Positions 1-12,003 of a stretch of DNA of 64,000 bases are shown piece after piece (the stretch's first letter is position 1; every line of letters starts with the position of its first letter). Made by a program: the position numbers and the translations under genes. A model generated the notes under the pieces. The model saw only the letters and a program-made list of their open reading frames with translations. It made no database searches and had not been told where the DNA came from. The stretch spans positions 163,248-227,247 of IMG/VR virus record IMGVR_UViG_3300025012_000026; one strand, given 5' to 3'.

Positions 1-1846
1 AAGACTTATTAAAACCATTTGCGAATTCTCCACCTAGACTTTCAACAATGCTTTTAAGTTCTTCCTTCTTATGCGATTCAAACGTTCCTGTACAGTAAAG
101 TTTGAGTCCATTGAGTACGCTATCCACATTAACCACTTCCTTCTTTTCTTCTTTAATAATATTCACACATTCCAACAACTCCAAAAACATATTCATATTT
201 TCTTCGTTTTGGAAATATTCATAAATTGAAGTTGCAGTAATATCCCCGAAATCATTAATGTTTACAAAGTTCATATATGATTTTGTTGCTTTTAAGAATA
301 AATCAATGTCATTATTAAAATGTTTAGTAAGTCTCTTTGATGATCCAAAACCAACATTTTTTATGCCAAGGGATGCAATCAATGAAGTCATACTTATTTG
401 TTTTGATTTTTCTAAAGCAGTCATTAAATTGTTAAAAGATTTAACCCCAAATCCACTAAGTTTTACTAATTCTTTCTTATGTTCTTCCAATTTAAAGATG
501 TCCATGTAATTCTCAATAAACCCTTTATCAATGAACATTTCTAAAGTTGCTTCACCAAGATCACCAATATTAAAACATTGCTTGCTCACAAAATGTTTAA
601 GTTTCTGTGTTAATTTAGCTTCACAATCAGGATTAAGACAAAACAAGTCGTGAGTTTTTACAACCAATTTAACTTCTACATCACCACCACAGGTAGGACA
701 TTTTGTAGGCAATTGTTCTGTGTTACTTCTGGTGATATTATTCTCAATGGCAGGGATAATTTTGTTTCTCTTCGTTATTTCAATGACATCATCCTTTCCA
801 AGTTTTAAATCCCAAAATCTATTTAAGTTATGTGTTGTTGCTCTGGATACTTCTGACCCTTCAATATTGACAGGTTGGAAGATTCCAGTGCCTATGATTT
901 TACCGAACCTACTTGTATTCCATTCTGTGTATAAATATTTCGTCTTAAACCATGAGTCTTCGAATTTAAAAGAAACAGAATGCTTTGGATGGTGAGCCAC
1001 TTGCCCTAAAGACAATCCATATTCTATATCATTAAACGATAAAACGAGGCCATCAATTGGAAAATCGAGAATAGGAATATCTTCTATAATTTTATTCATT
1101 GTTTCTTCAATATTATTTTTTGTAACCATCCAATATTGTACAACATAGAATCCTTGTGATTTCAACCACTCTAATTGCTCTTGTTTTGTTTTGAATTTAT
1201 TTCCTTTGATAATATTAAATGCACAAAATTCTATATTGCGTTCTTTGCATATTTTGCTATTTAATAAACCCGTAGATCCATTTGCTAAGTTCCTTGGATT
1301 TGCATATTTATCATCTTGATTTAATATTTTTGAATTAATTTCATTGAATGAAGAATATTTCATGAAATTCTCACCAACGACTATAATATCATCGTTGTCA
1401 TCAATGCTTAGTGGAATATTTTTTATGCTATGTACGTTGTGCGAAATATCTTCACCAATGTTTGTTTCAGAATCACCCCTAGTAACTAATTGTTTAAATT
1501 CCTTTTTATAATGTACAGCCCCAGTACCACCATCCATTTTTAACATTAATACACCTTGTTTATCCCCTAACCATTTTACTAGTTTAGGAATTTCTTTGAC
1601 TTTTCCTAAAGATAAGAGTGGGATTTCATGTTTAACTTTTGGCAAATCTGACACCACAGGATATCCAGCTCTTTGAGTAGGAGAATCACTCATAACTACT
1701 CCTAATTGTTGTTCTAAGGACTCTAATTCATCAAAGAGTAGATTGTATTCTCTATTCTCCATAATTGGTTTATTCAGGTTATAATAGGCATTACAGGCGA
1801 TATTAAGTTGTGTTACTAATTCTTTAATCCGATCTACATTATTCAT
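1..1846 (-). CDS. ligA: NAD-dependent DNA ligase (3' end outside window)
   Basis: Manual translation from ATG at 1846: MNNVDRIKELVTQLNIACNAYY..SDSPTQRAG..HEIPLLSL..LKMDG; Zn finger CPTCGG..C; BRCT-like TGTFESHKKEELKSIVESLGG at the window edge. Absent from the ORF track because there is no stop in the window. Confidence 0.95.
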   Translation of the reverse strand, partial: MNNVDRIKELVTQLNIACNAYYNLNKPIMENREYNLLFDELESLEQQLGVVMSDSPTQRAGYPVVSDLPKVKHEIPLLSLGKVKEIPKLVKWLGDKQGVLMLKMDGGTGAVHYKKEFKQLVTRGDSETNIGEDISHNVHSIKNIPLSIDDNDDIIVVGENFMKYSSFNEINSKILNQDDKYANPRNLANGSTGLLNSKICKERNIEFCAFNIIKGNKFKTKQEQLEWLKSQGFYVVQYWMVTKNNIEETMNKIIEDIPILDFPIDGLVLSFNDIEYGLSLGQVAHHPKHSVSFKFEDSWFKTKYLYTEWNTSRFGKIIGTGIFQPVNIEGSEVSRATTHNLNRFWDLKLGKDDVIEITKRNKIIPAIENNITRSNTEQLPTKCPTCGGDVEVKLVVKTHDLFCLNPDCEAKLTQKLKHFVSKQCFNIGDLGEATLEMFIDKGFIENYMDIFKLEEHKKELVKLSGFGVKSFNNLMTALEKSKQISMTSLIASLGIKNVGFGSSKRLTKHFNNDIDLFLKATKSYMNFVNINDFGDITATSIYEYFQNEENMNMFLELLECVNIIKEEKKEVVNVDSVLNGLKLYCTGTFESHKKEELKSIVESLGGEFANGFNKS

Positions 1847-1893
1847 TTATTTATCCTTCTTTCTTAAATTTATATCTCTTTTGTACTACCTTA

Positions 1894-1922
1894 ATAATAA
1901 CACAAAAGAGATATTCTGTCAA
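1894..1922 (-). promoter_or_regulatory. sigmaA promoter for the ligase
   Basis: TTGACA-17 nt-TATTAT with extended TG on the minus strand. Confidence 0.7.
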
Positions 1923-1950
1923 ATAATTTTATTTATTGATTTATACCTAA

Positions 1951-2415
1951 CTAATCCTTAACAATCTTCTTACTCAAACATTTCCTACCATCCCGATATC
2001 CAATCACAAATCCTAATTTTCTTAATCCGTGTTCATATACATCCCTACGTCTATTATCTGTCCAATAAACACTAATAAAATCTCCATCTTTACAATAAAC
2101 TGATTTCTCAAACTCAATTATTTGATTCTTGCCCCATAGCAAACCTTCCAATCCACATTTACCAGTTTCATGATCGGTTAGAATATCTTTTTCACCTAAT
2201 ATCAATTGCCTGAGATGCTTTTTCTTATTAGCAATTGCTAATAGTATTACATATTCATTAGATTTGCTTTGCTCATGTTTCCAAAAATATATTCCTATGG
2301 TTTGATTATTTTTAAGTTTATGTGTTTTGTAAAGACCATAAATATGTTTGTCTTCATCGAATTTTATTCTTTCAAAGTCATCCATATAATCTCCTTTCTT
2401 ATGGCATAAAATCAC
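1951..2415 (-). CDS. Hypothetical phage protein (likely start MDDFERIK)
   Basis: ORF with RBS AGAAAGGAG before the internal Met. Confidence 0.6.
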   Translation of the reverse strand: MILCHKKGDYMDDFERIKFDEDKHIYGLYKTHKLKNNQTIGIYFWKHEQSKSNEYVILLAIANKKKHLRQLILGEKDILTDHETGKCGLEGLLWGKNQIIEFEKSVYCKDGDFISVYWTDNRRRDVYEHGLRKLGFVIGYRDGRKCLSKKIVKD

Positions 2416-2431
2416 AAACTTATCCTATTGT

Positions 2432-3010
2432 TTAATTCCGCCAATTGCTAGATAAATTACCCATACTAATATCAAAACAACTTGCAATATATTTATTATC
2501 AATATACAAATGATCAACACTCAATTTTTCTTTTAAACATTTCTCTTCCTTCTCAATTTCATCAATAAAACTATCCCAATTATCACTTATAAACTTGATA
2601 AATCCTTCATCATTGCCCCTTTCCCTAAAACGCCTTATCCATTCATCCTTCATGCTCTTATCTGGGTAAACCATGAAGAAATTAATATTATTCTTATTTA
2701 ATGCTTTTCTCACAATATCGTGACTTGATACAAAGATAACATCTACTTTGCCAATATTATCCTTAATATGTTTGATATAATTTGTAGGAAAGTTAGGATC
2801 TCTTTCTTTTGTATTTTCTCCATTTTCATCTTTAATCCAACTAAAATTACTCGAATCAGAATCTAACATTGCAAATGGTTTGCCATTATAATTATTGAAC
2901 ATGTAGGACTTGCCACAGGCAGGAAATGCACTTACTATGATTGTTGGTTTGTATCTTGTGTTTATAGATTCACAAATTTTATTCCATTCTTTTGTAGGCA
3001 TAATACACAT
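2432..3010 (-). CDS. P-loop nucleotide kinase-like protein
   Basis: IIVSAFPACGKS Walker A-like motif; DSDSS; RFRERGN lid-like segment. Confidence 0.6.
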   Translation of the reverse strand: MCIMPTKEWNKICESINTRYKPTIIVSAFPACGKSYMFNNYNGKPFAMLDSDSSNFSWIKDENGENTKERDPNFPTNYIKHIKDNIGKVDVIFVSSHDIVRKALNKNNINFFMVYPDKSMKDEWIRRFRERGNDEGFIKFISDNWDSFIDEIEKEEKCLKEKLSVDHLYIDNKYIASCFDISMGNLSSNWRN

Positions 3011-3066
3011 AATTTTAAATCTCCTTTATTACTTATAATCCTTTAAAACTTCTCTTTCCTAGTATC

Positions 3067-5118
3067 TCAATGATCAATCGTAATCTTACCCAATTTCACA
3101 CAATGTTCACATCTACAAATTTTCCATCTATAGTAGTCCTCTGCTCCCATTAAACAATAATAAGGTTTTTTAGAATCATGATTCATATTATTAAATATGT
3201 GCCCATTTTTATGATTCAATTGTTTCTTCCTATCTACATAATCTCTAAAACTTTCTTCAACTTCCGAATTTGTATCAAATTGATTATAAGTATAATGATT
3301 AAACCAATTGCAACACCAAGTTTCATCTTCTACAAATTTATATTCAGCATTCTTAAATACAACTCCATTATGTTTTGCTAATATACCAAGTTTAAACTCT
3401 TGTAATTCATTTTCTAATTGACTAGCAGATGGATTATCTTTGTACATAATTGAATATCCTGTGCCATTGTTTTCAAAATCATCTTGATCCCAAGTTGCAT
3501 AAAATTTGTAGATTGGAAATTTATTTTCCATCATTTAATTATCAATCCCTTCCACGTTATAATCACCATATCCCATATTTTCATCTGATAAACACTTCTT
3601 ACTAACTGGATACCCTAACTCTTTTAATAATCTAATCCAATCTTCATTAGAAATTCTATGCCCTTCTCGTATAAAATCTTCACCTAGATTTACCTGCAAT
3701 ACTTCCCAGTCACCAGATTTACAAGTAATCAATTCAATTAATGGTTTAATCATATTAATACTTCATTCCTTTCCCATACAATACATTATTTAATTGATCA
3801 TTAATCTCTCACTTTAAACAAATACTTAATACCATCTCTAATCGTCATTCCATTTTCCAAAGAATATTGAGTAATCATATCTTCATTATTCTTCATAAAT
3901 TTAAATACCTCTCCCTCATCTTCAAACCATAATTCAGCATCTTGCCAATTATAAGGATTTAATTTTATCAATTAATTCGCTCCAATCCTCAACATTGTTT
4001 TCAAAAACTTCTTCAAATAACTTACATTTTCTAATTAAATCATCTCTAGATTTTTTAATATTCTCAAGCAGATTACACTCAGAACTTACATCAATTCTGT
4101 ATGTAGTTTCTAAGCAAATTGGATAGAAATAGTCCGTATTGTAACTACCACAAGTTTCACCTATACATTTCATTATTATTAATTTTCCTTTCCATCATTC
4201 TTAGCATGATAAACAATCACTTTGTCTAAAGCACATTTATAATGATTTAATTCTTTTTCCATTTGTGAAATCTTATCTGGTAAAGAGCATTTTAATTCAT
4301 TGCTATCTACTGCAAAAACAAAAGCGTCGAGTATGTTACAGAATCCACAATTATTTGAAAAATATGATAAACCGCAGTTTTCTTTTATACATTTCATTAT
4401 TTTTTCACTCCATTATATTTATTATTCCATTCTGAAATAAGTATCGCAAAATTTACAAAACCAACATGCAAAATCAACTGTCTTCTCAACTTCTATTATT
4501 TTTGCTGAACAAAATGGGCAGATATCACTCCATAGAATATCTTGCTGATGTTCATTAAGTTGAAATGTGTAAATTAATCTACTCATATTGTTTCTGCTCC
4601 TCTCTTATCATATCTCCATATTCTTTAAGCATAATTTTCAATTCTTCTAATGCCACATTTTCTTCTAATTTTTCAAGTTGCAATTCCATTTTGTCAAGAT
4701 CACAACCATCAAAGAAACTTCTAAAATCATCCTCTGACATTGTTCCATGGTCTATGCATTGATAAGCAACTTCTGTCAATCCTAATAAAATTACAATATC
4801 TCTGTTTTTTATTTAATTTTCCTTCTTTCTTCTTGTATAATAATTTACATTATGGATATATTACTATCGTCAACTAAAACGTTCTCGTCCTACATCAAAC
4901 CTTGCCTTCTGGCAGGGTCTTTTTATTCCACAGATTTAAATTAATTTAAACAATAATACAATTGGTATAGCAAATAATGCTAATATTCCTCCGAAAATTA
5001 TTGTGTATATTAATCCAACAACCACATATCCGAATAATTTAATAAGTATTGATAATGCTTTAAATAATTTACTTTGTATACTTAGTTTAAATAATAATAA
5101 TTTCCATTTTATTTCCAT
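3067..5118 (-). other. Cluster of small hypothetical ORFs (3067-3534, 3535-3753, 3949-4173, 4179-4397, 4579-4779, 4936-5118); the two MKCI.. Cys-rich ORFs look paralogous
   Basis: Tightly packed co-oriented ORFs. Confidence 0.55.
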
Positions 5119-5138
5119 TAATATTATCCCTCTTTCTC

Positions 5139-5795
5139 TTAAATTATATTAAACACAACCTGCTCATGCCCCAAACCTAAGACCAATCCCTCAATATCTT
5201 CTTGCAAATTAATCATAGCATCATCAAACAATTTCCTATCTTTACCAATTGTATTAACAACATTTTGCTGTGCTTGCATAGATAATATTTGAGTGTCAGA
5301 TGGACTAAATTGATCGAATAGAAACATTGTATTTCCATCTGTAATTTTAGAGTTTTGAGTGTTTTGTTCAATATATAATAATTGGACTCGATTCTTTGGG
5401 ATGCTTATGTATACTTTCCCATCTTCGATTTTCAGAACTTTTATGTATTCAAGACTGTTGATTCCAATTCCAAAATTATATTCGAAGTCAAGAGTGATTT
5501 CTCTTAAAGTGAACTTATCAAAGAATTTATCTTTATTAGTTATTTTGCTAAAATAATTGTATTTACCTTTTAATGATGTAATTTCACCTACTTTTCTTAA
5601 TTCATTTTGGATTAGAGTTGGGTCTTGCATCTTCTTTAATTCTGCTGTTCTTTCAATATCTTTTTGATAATCTCTTAGTTGCACTTGTTCAACTGGTATA
5701 GGTTTTGGTATAGATAGATTGTGATATTTCATATAAATATTTGTAGCAAATAAAGTTCCTAATATTGTTAAAGCAATAATTGTTGGTTTTTTCAT
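5139..5795 (-). CDS. DUF4230-like membrane-anchored protein
   Basis: N-terminal TM segment; GEITSLKGKYNY..FGIGI..KVYISIPK..DDAMINLQEDIEGLVLGLG pattern. Confidence 0.6.
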   Translation of the reverse strand: MKKPTIIALTILGTLFATNIYMKYHNLSIPKPIPVEQVQLRDYQKDIERTAELKKMQDPTLIQNELRKVGEITSLKGKYNYFSKITNKDKFFDKFTLREITLDFEYNFGIGINSLEYIKVLKIEDGKVYISIPKNRVQLLYIEQNTQNSKITDGNTMFLFDQFSPSDTQILSMQAQQNVVNTIGKDRKLFDDAMINLQEDIEGLVLGLGHEQVVFNII

Positions 5796-5830
5796 TCAAC
5801 TCACTTCCTAGATTTTATTTTATGATTTAA

Positions 5831-6172
5831 TTAATCATTGTTAGGCATAGGCCCACGATGTAACTTAACCCAATCAGGCTTATATCTTTCAAGCAATTTA
5901 AACATATTGTCTCTTCCTACTCCATCTGCTGTATGAAGAAATATTTGTTTAGGATAAATATTTGGATTATATTGTCCTAATTCAATAAGATATTTTACAA
6001 AATCATATCCAGTTGGCTCATTTTCGCCTAAATCGTGATCCAAACTAATAATGTTCACCTCTTGATCTAATTCTTTTAATTCGTCAAGTTTATAAATTAA
6101 TTGACTTACTGTTTTTACTAATATAAACCCATCTGGGCAATCGCGCAAATCGTCAAGATATAGTGATATCAT
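5831..6172 (-). CDS. Cyclic-phosphate-processing receiver domain protein
   Basis: LYLDDLRDCP, ISLDHDLGE, TGYDF and HTADGVGRDNM motifs. Confidence 0.8.
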   Translation of the reverse strand: MISLYLDDLRDCPDGFILVKTVSQLIYKLDELKELDQEVNIISLDHDLGENEPTGYDFVKYLIELGQYNPNIYPKQIFLHTADGVGRDNMFKLLERYKPDWVKLHRGPMPNND

Positions 6173-6188
6173 TTATTTTCTCCCCTTT

Positions 6189-7475
6189 CTATAATTTCCA
6201 ATCAGAAATCTTATCCTTAACCATATCTTTTAATTTTTCATAAACCATTTCATGAACTGCTCCATTGTCTAAAAGTTGATAGCTTACACTTTCTGATATT
6301 GCTTCAGGTAATAGTTTGTCAATTTCCATTTCAATTATTTGTTGAATATTTTCATTAGACATTTTACTGCGAACAATGTCTTTTATGATTTGAGTTAGTC
6401 CTTTTTCTTGAATTACAGTTTCAATTTCATCTTTAATGACTTGTTCTAACATTTTATTTTCCTTCTTTCTTAAATTTTGATAATTTCATTTTCTTTAGTT
6501 AACCAAGCAATTTCCATATCTAAATATTCTTCTTCTGGGACAATATAATAGAATTTTTTACCTAATTTTTCAGGCGTTCTATTTTTACTTTCTGCTTTTA
6601 ATATTAAAATATCTTGATAAAATTTAGATGATAAAAACATTCCTCCAATACCAATACATAACCCAATGGCAATCCCCTCTAATATCATATAATTACTCCC
6701 TTATTCCCATTAGAATAAACCATAGATTTTATCTACCAATCTTTATGTTCAAAGATAAACTTACTAGGTAATATTTCTAATATTCTCCCCATTTCTTCCG
6801 AAGTAATTTCAATATTATCTTTATCTGTATTATAAAAATACCACCAAAATGATTCTAAAAATTCATCAATTTCAATCCAAGTCACTAAATCTGGTTCTAA
6901 TAAAATATTGAAATAATCATTATATTTATTTAATACATTTAATATAGAATTTATTAAATCTTCGTTATTAACTTTTAAAGTGTAAAATAATCTACTTTTG
7001 CACGATGTAGAGGTTAGGAAATCAGCATTGGTATAATAATAAGGTTTAAATCCTTTATTTAATAATTTCTTATACATATTTTTCATCCTTTCAAATAGTC
7101 ATTTTAATAACTTTGTTCCAATTACTTTCTTCTAATATGCCAACTATAATTATCTGAAAGACATTCCAATTCCTCATCCCCTTCTAAACGGCATCTTTTT
7201 AATTTCCTATCACTGTTTTTACAGTTTATGCAATTATCAATAATTCTCGCATTAAATAAATCATCTTTTAAACTCTCAATAGTATCAAACAAATCTCTAA
7301 CCATTTCCATTGCTCCATCTACAAAATTAAATGAACCATATTTATTACATGCACTAATTAAATTACAGCAAGGATTTTTTGGAGTACATTCCATACAATT
7401 ATCATTATATTCTTCGTCTAATTGACCAAGAATCAAAACCTTTAATTTGATTAATTCCTCATTGCTTAATATCAT
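6189..7475 (-). other. Four small hypothetical ORFs (6189-6452, 6470-6688, 6733-7086, 7122-7475)
   Basis: Co-oriented ORFs with RBSs. Confidence 0.55.
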
Positions 7476-7477
7476 AA

Positions 7478-7921
7478 TTAATTTGCCAACTCCTTCTTTA
7501 CAATTTCACTAGCAATTTTACCGTCATAAGTCCCACCATAGGAGTTCTTCAGTACAGACATAACTTTGCCCATTTGCACTTCTGAATTAATATCTTTCAA
7601 TGCTTCAATAATATCTCTAACAACATTTTCTAACTCCTCTCTACTCATTTTCTGAGGCAAATACTTACTTAAAACTAAAATCTCAGAAACAATATTACTT
7701 GTATTCTTATTATTTTTCAAAAGAATTGTTTGAATCTCATTTGCATTTTTAATAAATTTCTCAATGACTTGCAACACTTCTGCATCTGTAGATTGTCTAT
7801 TTCCAAGGTTTTTACCTATCATAGAGGCTTCAGAATATAGGGTTGTTAATAATGTTGCAGTATCAATTTTACGAGCCTTGCGTGCGATAAGAGCATCTGA
7901 TTTAATTTGATTGATTAACAT
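7478..7921 (-). CDS. GatB/YqeY domain protein
   Basis: IKSDALIARKAR..EILVLSKYLPQKMSREEL..MGKVMSVLK..DGKIASEIVK. Confidence 0.85.
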   Translation of the reverse strand: MLINQIKSDALIARKARKIDTATLLTTLYSEASMIGKNLGNRQSTDAEVLQVIEKFIKNANEIQTILLKNNKNTSNIVSEILVLSKYLPQKMSREELENVVRDIIEALKDINSEVQMGKVMSVLKNSYGGTYDGKIASEIVKKELAN

Positions 7922-7939
7922 TTATTTCACTCCTTCTTT

Positions 7940-9710
7940 CTAATTTTTATAATTATCAAAATCATTTGATATGGAATTGGAATATTGTTTAACAATTAAA
8001 ATTCCTTTACCATATTCGGTTCCATAACAACGATAATTAATAGAGACTCCAAAATTATTCTTTTTCAAAGTAAGATTAATATCTGAAATCTTTCTACCAT
8101 ATTCATAAGTCCTAATTTCTGCTTTTGCATATCCTAAAACTGGTATTAAAAATTCACAGATTTTATTTAGTTTCTCTGTGCCATCATCTCCTTCTTCACT
8201 TTCAACACTCATATTAAAATTCAACCCATCATTAGTAGGATATAATTTGAGTGCATTAAAGAATGCTGTAGCAATTTCTTTTTCTATTTCTGCTTGATCT
8301 ACTGCCTTCTTATTTTTCTCATCAAGATATTGTGGATTCTTCTCTAGATAATGTTTACATTCTCTGACACCAAATTTAGTTTCTTCATAAAAGTACACAT
8401 CTGCTTTGTTAATATAATGCATATCATCTAATAAAGAGTATTGTAATTTATATGCTTGAGAGTGTAATTCTTGTTTTACTTCTACGACTTTAGCATTTAC
8501 TACGCAGATATTACTTTTAACACAATTATCACATTTATTTTTATACATTTTATCTTCTCTCCCTTTCAGTTAGATATCCAATTCACTGTAACAAATCAAC
8601 CAATATTATCCTATGTTCTAAAATAAAATCCAATATATCTTGATAATAAACATCTTCTGGACAATTTTCACTAACAAATTTAAGCAATTCTTTATCAATA
8701 TCTTCGATAATTTGATATTCTCCCTTATAAACTTTTACTGATCCATTTTCATCATTAAAACATACTCCAATAGAACCATCATCATATACTCTATCATCTT
8801 CGACTGTATAAACCTTACCAATATATTTACTAATATCTGAGGCAGTACTACTAGATGGAGCATTTGCGATAATTTTTACTTTCATTATTTTCTCTCCTTT
8901 GTTTTTTTTATTAAAATTAACATTATGCTCTACATTATGACTACTTTACTAATCTCAAAATATTAGTATGTAATGGTTTCCTATTTTCTATTGCATCTGA
9001 AATTTCTTCATACTCTAAAAAATCCTCATCGTAAAAATTATTGTACGGATCTTCTTCGTCATAATCCCATTCGTTTGTTTCTTTCCATACTTCAAATGCC
9101 CCTTGATGTAAATCATGGTTGTTATCGTATTTTGATATAAATGATTTATCAATCATAAAATTTTCGGGAACAATTTTAAATGTTTTAACAAATTTAATTA
9201 AACATATTTCACACATTTGCGCTTTCCATGAATTATTATTATCAAATATGCTATTATAACCAAATGAAAAATTAAGTTGCTGAATTGAATCTAATTTATC
9301 TTGTTCAACTGGTTTACCGCAACAGTTGCAAATAACGCCTACGATGACTTGCTCTGTTCTTGTAATCTCTACACTTTTTGTTATAATCATTAAATCCACA
9401 CTCTTTTCTAATTAATTTATACTTTATAAGATTATACGAATAAGAATTATAAATTAAGGGTGTATTGGAAAGTTTTATGAAAATATTTTATGTCTTCTTT
9501 TATGTATCACTATCGATTAATAAGTTCTCGTTCATTTATATGTTCTACTATTACAAAAGAATTATCAAAAGTTATTTTAAACTTGAAATCATCTGGTTTA
9601 TTTTTACCAAATCTTTTTATCATTTCCTTCTTTAGTTCATCTTGTTTTCTAAGTCTATCTCTGAATCCATCAAACTGAACATATACATAATCTCTCATAA
9701 TATTAAACAT
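7940..9710 (-). other. Hypothetical ORFs (7940-8548, 8583-8885, 8941-9399, 9510-9710)
   Basis: ORF track and RBSs. Confidence 0.55.
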
Positions 9711-9759
9711 CTCCTTAAATTTTATTTTTATATTTTACTAATTTGTTCACATGATTATG

Positions 9760-10311
9760 CTAATTTTCTAAAATTGTTACTGTAGCATATCCAATACCGA
9801 AATCAATTGATTTTTTACTCGGGTTACTACTATGAAAATCTCCCAGAAACAAATCCACTCTATTTCCAATTATTCCTGAACCTGTATCTACTGTTGTATA
9901 ATTGTCTGAATATTTCTTATGTTTATGATCTATAAATGTCAATTTTACTTTTTTATTTAATGGAATTACTCTAGTATCAACTGATATGAATCTAGCACCA
10001 GTATTTTCCCATGACTTATTTTTTAAGTTTGTACCATTTTTTGTAATACCAAAACCACTTTCTCCTCTTGATTTGGTGCATGATTGGACAGATAAATCAT
10101 AACTAGTCACTTTAAATATGGATTTATCTTCTTCGCTAATTATCTCTTTCTTAGTAGGAGTCACTATGTATTGCTTTCTTAGTTCTTTCAAAACATTAGC
10201 ATCACTTCCTTTGTAATTATTAATATGATTTGATCCCATACTACTTATGATAATAAAAGCACTAAGTAAAATACTAAGTTTTCTCATTTTGTAACTTCTC
10301 TTTTCTGTCAA
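9760..10311 (-). CDS. 3D (Asp-Asp-Asp) domain secreted protein, putative lytic transglycosylase
   Basis: Signal peptide; VTSY..GITKNGT..ISVDTRVIPLNKKV..DTGSGIIGNRVDLF. Confidence 0.85.
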   Translation of the reverse strand: MTEKRSYKMRKLSILLSAFIIISSMGSNHINNYKGSDANVLKELRKQYIVTPTKKEIISEEDKSIFKVTSYDLSVQSCTKSRGESGFGITKNGTNLKNKSWENTGARFISVDTRVIPLNKKVKLTFIDHKHKKYSDNYTTVDTGSGIIGNRVDLFLGDFHSSNPSKKSIDFGIGYATVTILEN

Positions 10312-10348
10312 GTTTTATTTTGGGTTTTATAGATTAAGAGAAAGGGGA

Positions 10349-10840
10349 TTAAATCCCCACTTCTACCATTGCTCTGTAATCCATCAAAATACTTTTAATT
10401 CCTATGGAATCAACCACTGGATGATCTATTTCTATTTCATTGATCACTATGTGTTTAAATGGGCAAGTTTTAACAATGCCTAGTTTAACTTCACTTCTTG
10501 AAACTTCTAACATATTAACTCTTTCAATATGGAATGCAATCCCAAATTTTATTTTTATTCCCTTTTCTTGGAGAAGATTTAATTCATTTTTGGCATCCAA
10601 TTCATCTGTATATGTATAATATCCATTCGAAAGCGTTTCAGAATAAGAATATATATATCTCCTAATTTGTTTGTCATATGAGATTGAGTTAACTCCTACA
10701 AAATTTCCTCTACTATCTTTTAATACAAATACTTCTAATTCTGTCATTAATTCAACTGCCCCCTTTATATTTTTTAGTGAAACCAAATGCTTGTTCCTTT
10801 CTGAGCATATTTTAGGAACATATATTCTCCCTTTGCCCAA
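10349..10840 (-). CDS. Hypothetical protein
   Basis: ORF track. Confidence 0.55.
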   Translation of the reverse strand: MGKGRIYVPKICSERNKHLVSLKNIKGAVELMTELEVFVLKDSRGNFVGVNSISYDKQIRRYIYSYSETLSNGYYTYTDELDAKNELNLLQEKGIKIKFGIAFHIERVNMLEVSRSEVKLGIVKTCPFKHIVINEIEIDHPVVDSIGIKSILMDYRAMVEVGI

Positions 10841-10992
10841 TTACATTATCCCACTTTGTCCATCCAATTGCAAAACAAAAATTATATGCATATAACCATT
10901 CTTTCGACAAAATAATTTTAAATTAGATTTAATTATTTTTATACTCTCATGTATTTTAAGTTTAGACTGATATAATTGGGTCTACAGTCCCA

Positions 10993-12003
10993 TCACTTAG
11001 GGACTGTAGACTTAGTTTGTGTTTGCTTATAAGTCTCATACATTTCTTTTAATCCTTGCCAACCCCTTTCATCCAATTCTAAGTCTTTAAATAATTGCTT
11101 AAAATCTTCAGATTTTAATTCACCAAGTTCTATTTCTTTTTGTAAACATCTGTCAAGCATACCGGATTGAAATATAAGAGTTGGATTTAAAAATTTAATA
11201 CCTGTATAAGTTCTAAAGTTTTTAAATCTCGAACTTATATTTCCAACAGTAATTTTTTCATCATTGTCACTACTTTTCCTGTCAAGTGTTCTAAGAATAT
11301 ATGGAGTATCTTTAACAGGCATAATAGCAAATCTTCCGGTATCTTCTCCATTTGATTTATGATAAGTGTCTTCAATGCAAGCCATTCGCAATATTTCCAT
11401 AGTCCTTGGATCTACAGTTATAGGTCTTGGTCGAGGATTTTTAATTTTGTCATCTGGATCTCTAGTTATAATAACTATATTTGATTCAGGGTCTAGATCA
11501 CTCATTTTTAGATTTCTTAATTCTTCATAGGTGTGTCCTTTTATTGTTCTGCCTCTGATATTTTCATATAATGATGCCATTAATGCTTTATCGACATAAT
11601 TATACAATCCGTCACAATAATCATACATTTGTTCTCTAGTGATATAGGAATTTCTCTGAGCTACTTGATGGATATATTTTGGTAAATCTTCTTTTTTATC
11701 AACTAATTTCAATACGTTCATTGAACTGTAATTGTTAAATAAACACCAATCAAGATATTGCATGATAATTGTATAAGATACACCTAATGATTTAAGAGAT
11801 TTCTTTTTCATTCCAATTAGTAATTCTTTTACTTCCTCGTAACTAAATTTGCTCAAATCTTTGTTTTTTTCATGCTCGAATCTACTAACACTTTTTAAGA
11901 TAGAGGTATTTGTCACTCTAGTGCTTTCATTAGGATATTTCTCATCAAGAAAACGATTTTTCAATTCTTCGTTAAATAAAGTTCTTTCAATAGTTAATGA
12001 CAT
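10993..12003 (-). CDS. MrpR/YopR-like master repressor with tyrosine-recombinase fold
   Basis: FNEELKNRFL..FEHEKNKDLSKFSYEEV..QYLDWC N-terminus as recalled for SPbeta YopR; HxxR replaced by NPTLIFQSGML; adjacent to a YopQ-like gene. Confidence 0.75.
   Translation of the reverse strand: MSLTIERTLFNEELKNRFLDEKYPNESTRVTNTSILKSVSRFEHEKNKDLSKFSYEEVKELLIGMKKKSLKSLGVSYTIIMQYLDWCLFNNYSSMNVLKLVDKKEDLPKYIHQVAQRNSYITREQMYDYCDGLYNYVDKALMASLYENIRGRTIKGHTYEELRNLKMSDLDPESNIVIITRDPDDKIKNPRPRPITVDPRTMEILRMACIEDTYHKSNGEDTGRFAIMPVKDTPYILRTLDRKSSDNDEKITVGNISSRFKNFRTYTGIKFLNPTLIFQSGMLDRCLQKEIELGELKSEDFKQLFKDLELDERGWQGLKEMYETYKQTQTKSTVPK

Noticed and set aside
10993-12003. Active prophage integrase marking an att boundary
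   Set aside because: The HxxR motif is lost, it resembles the MrpR repressor, and phage genes continue on both sides
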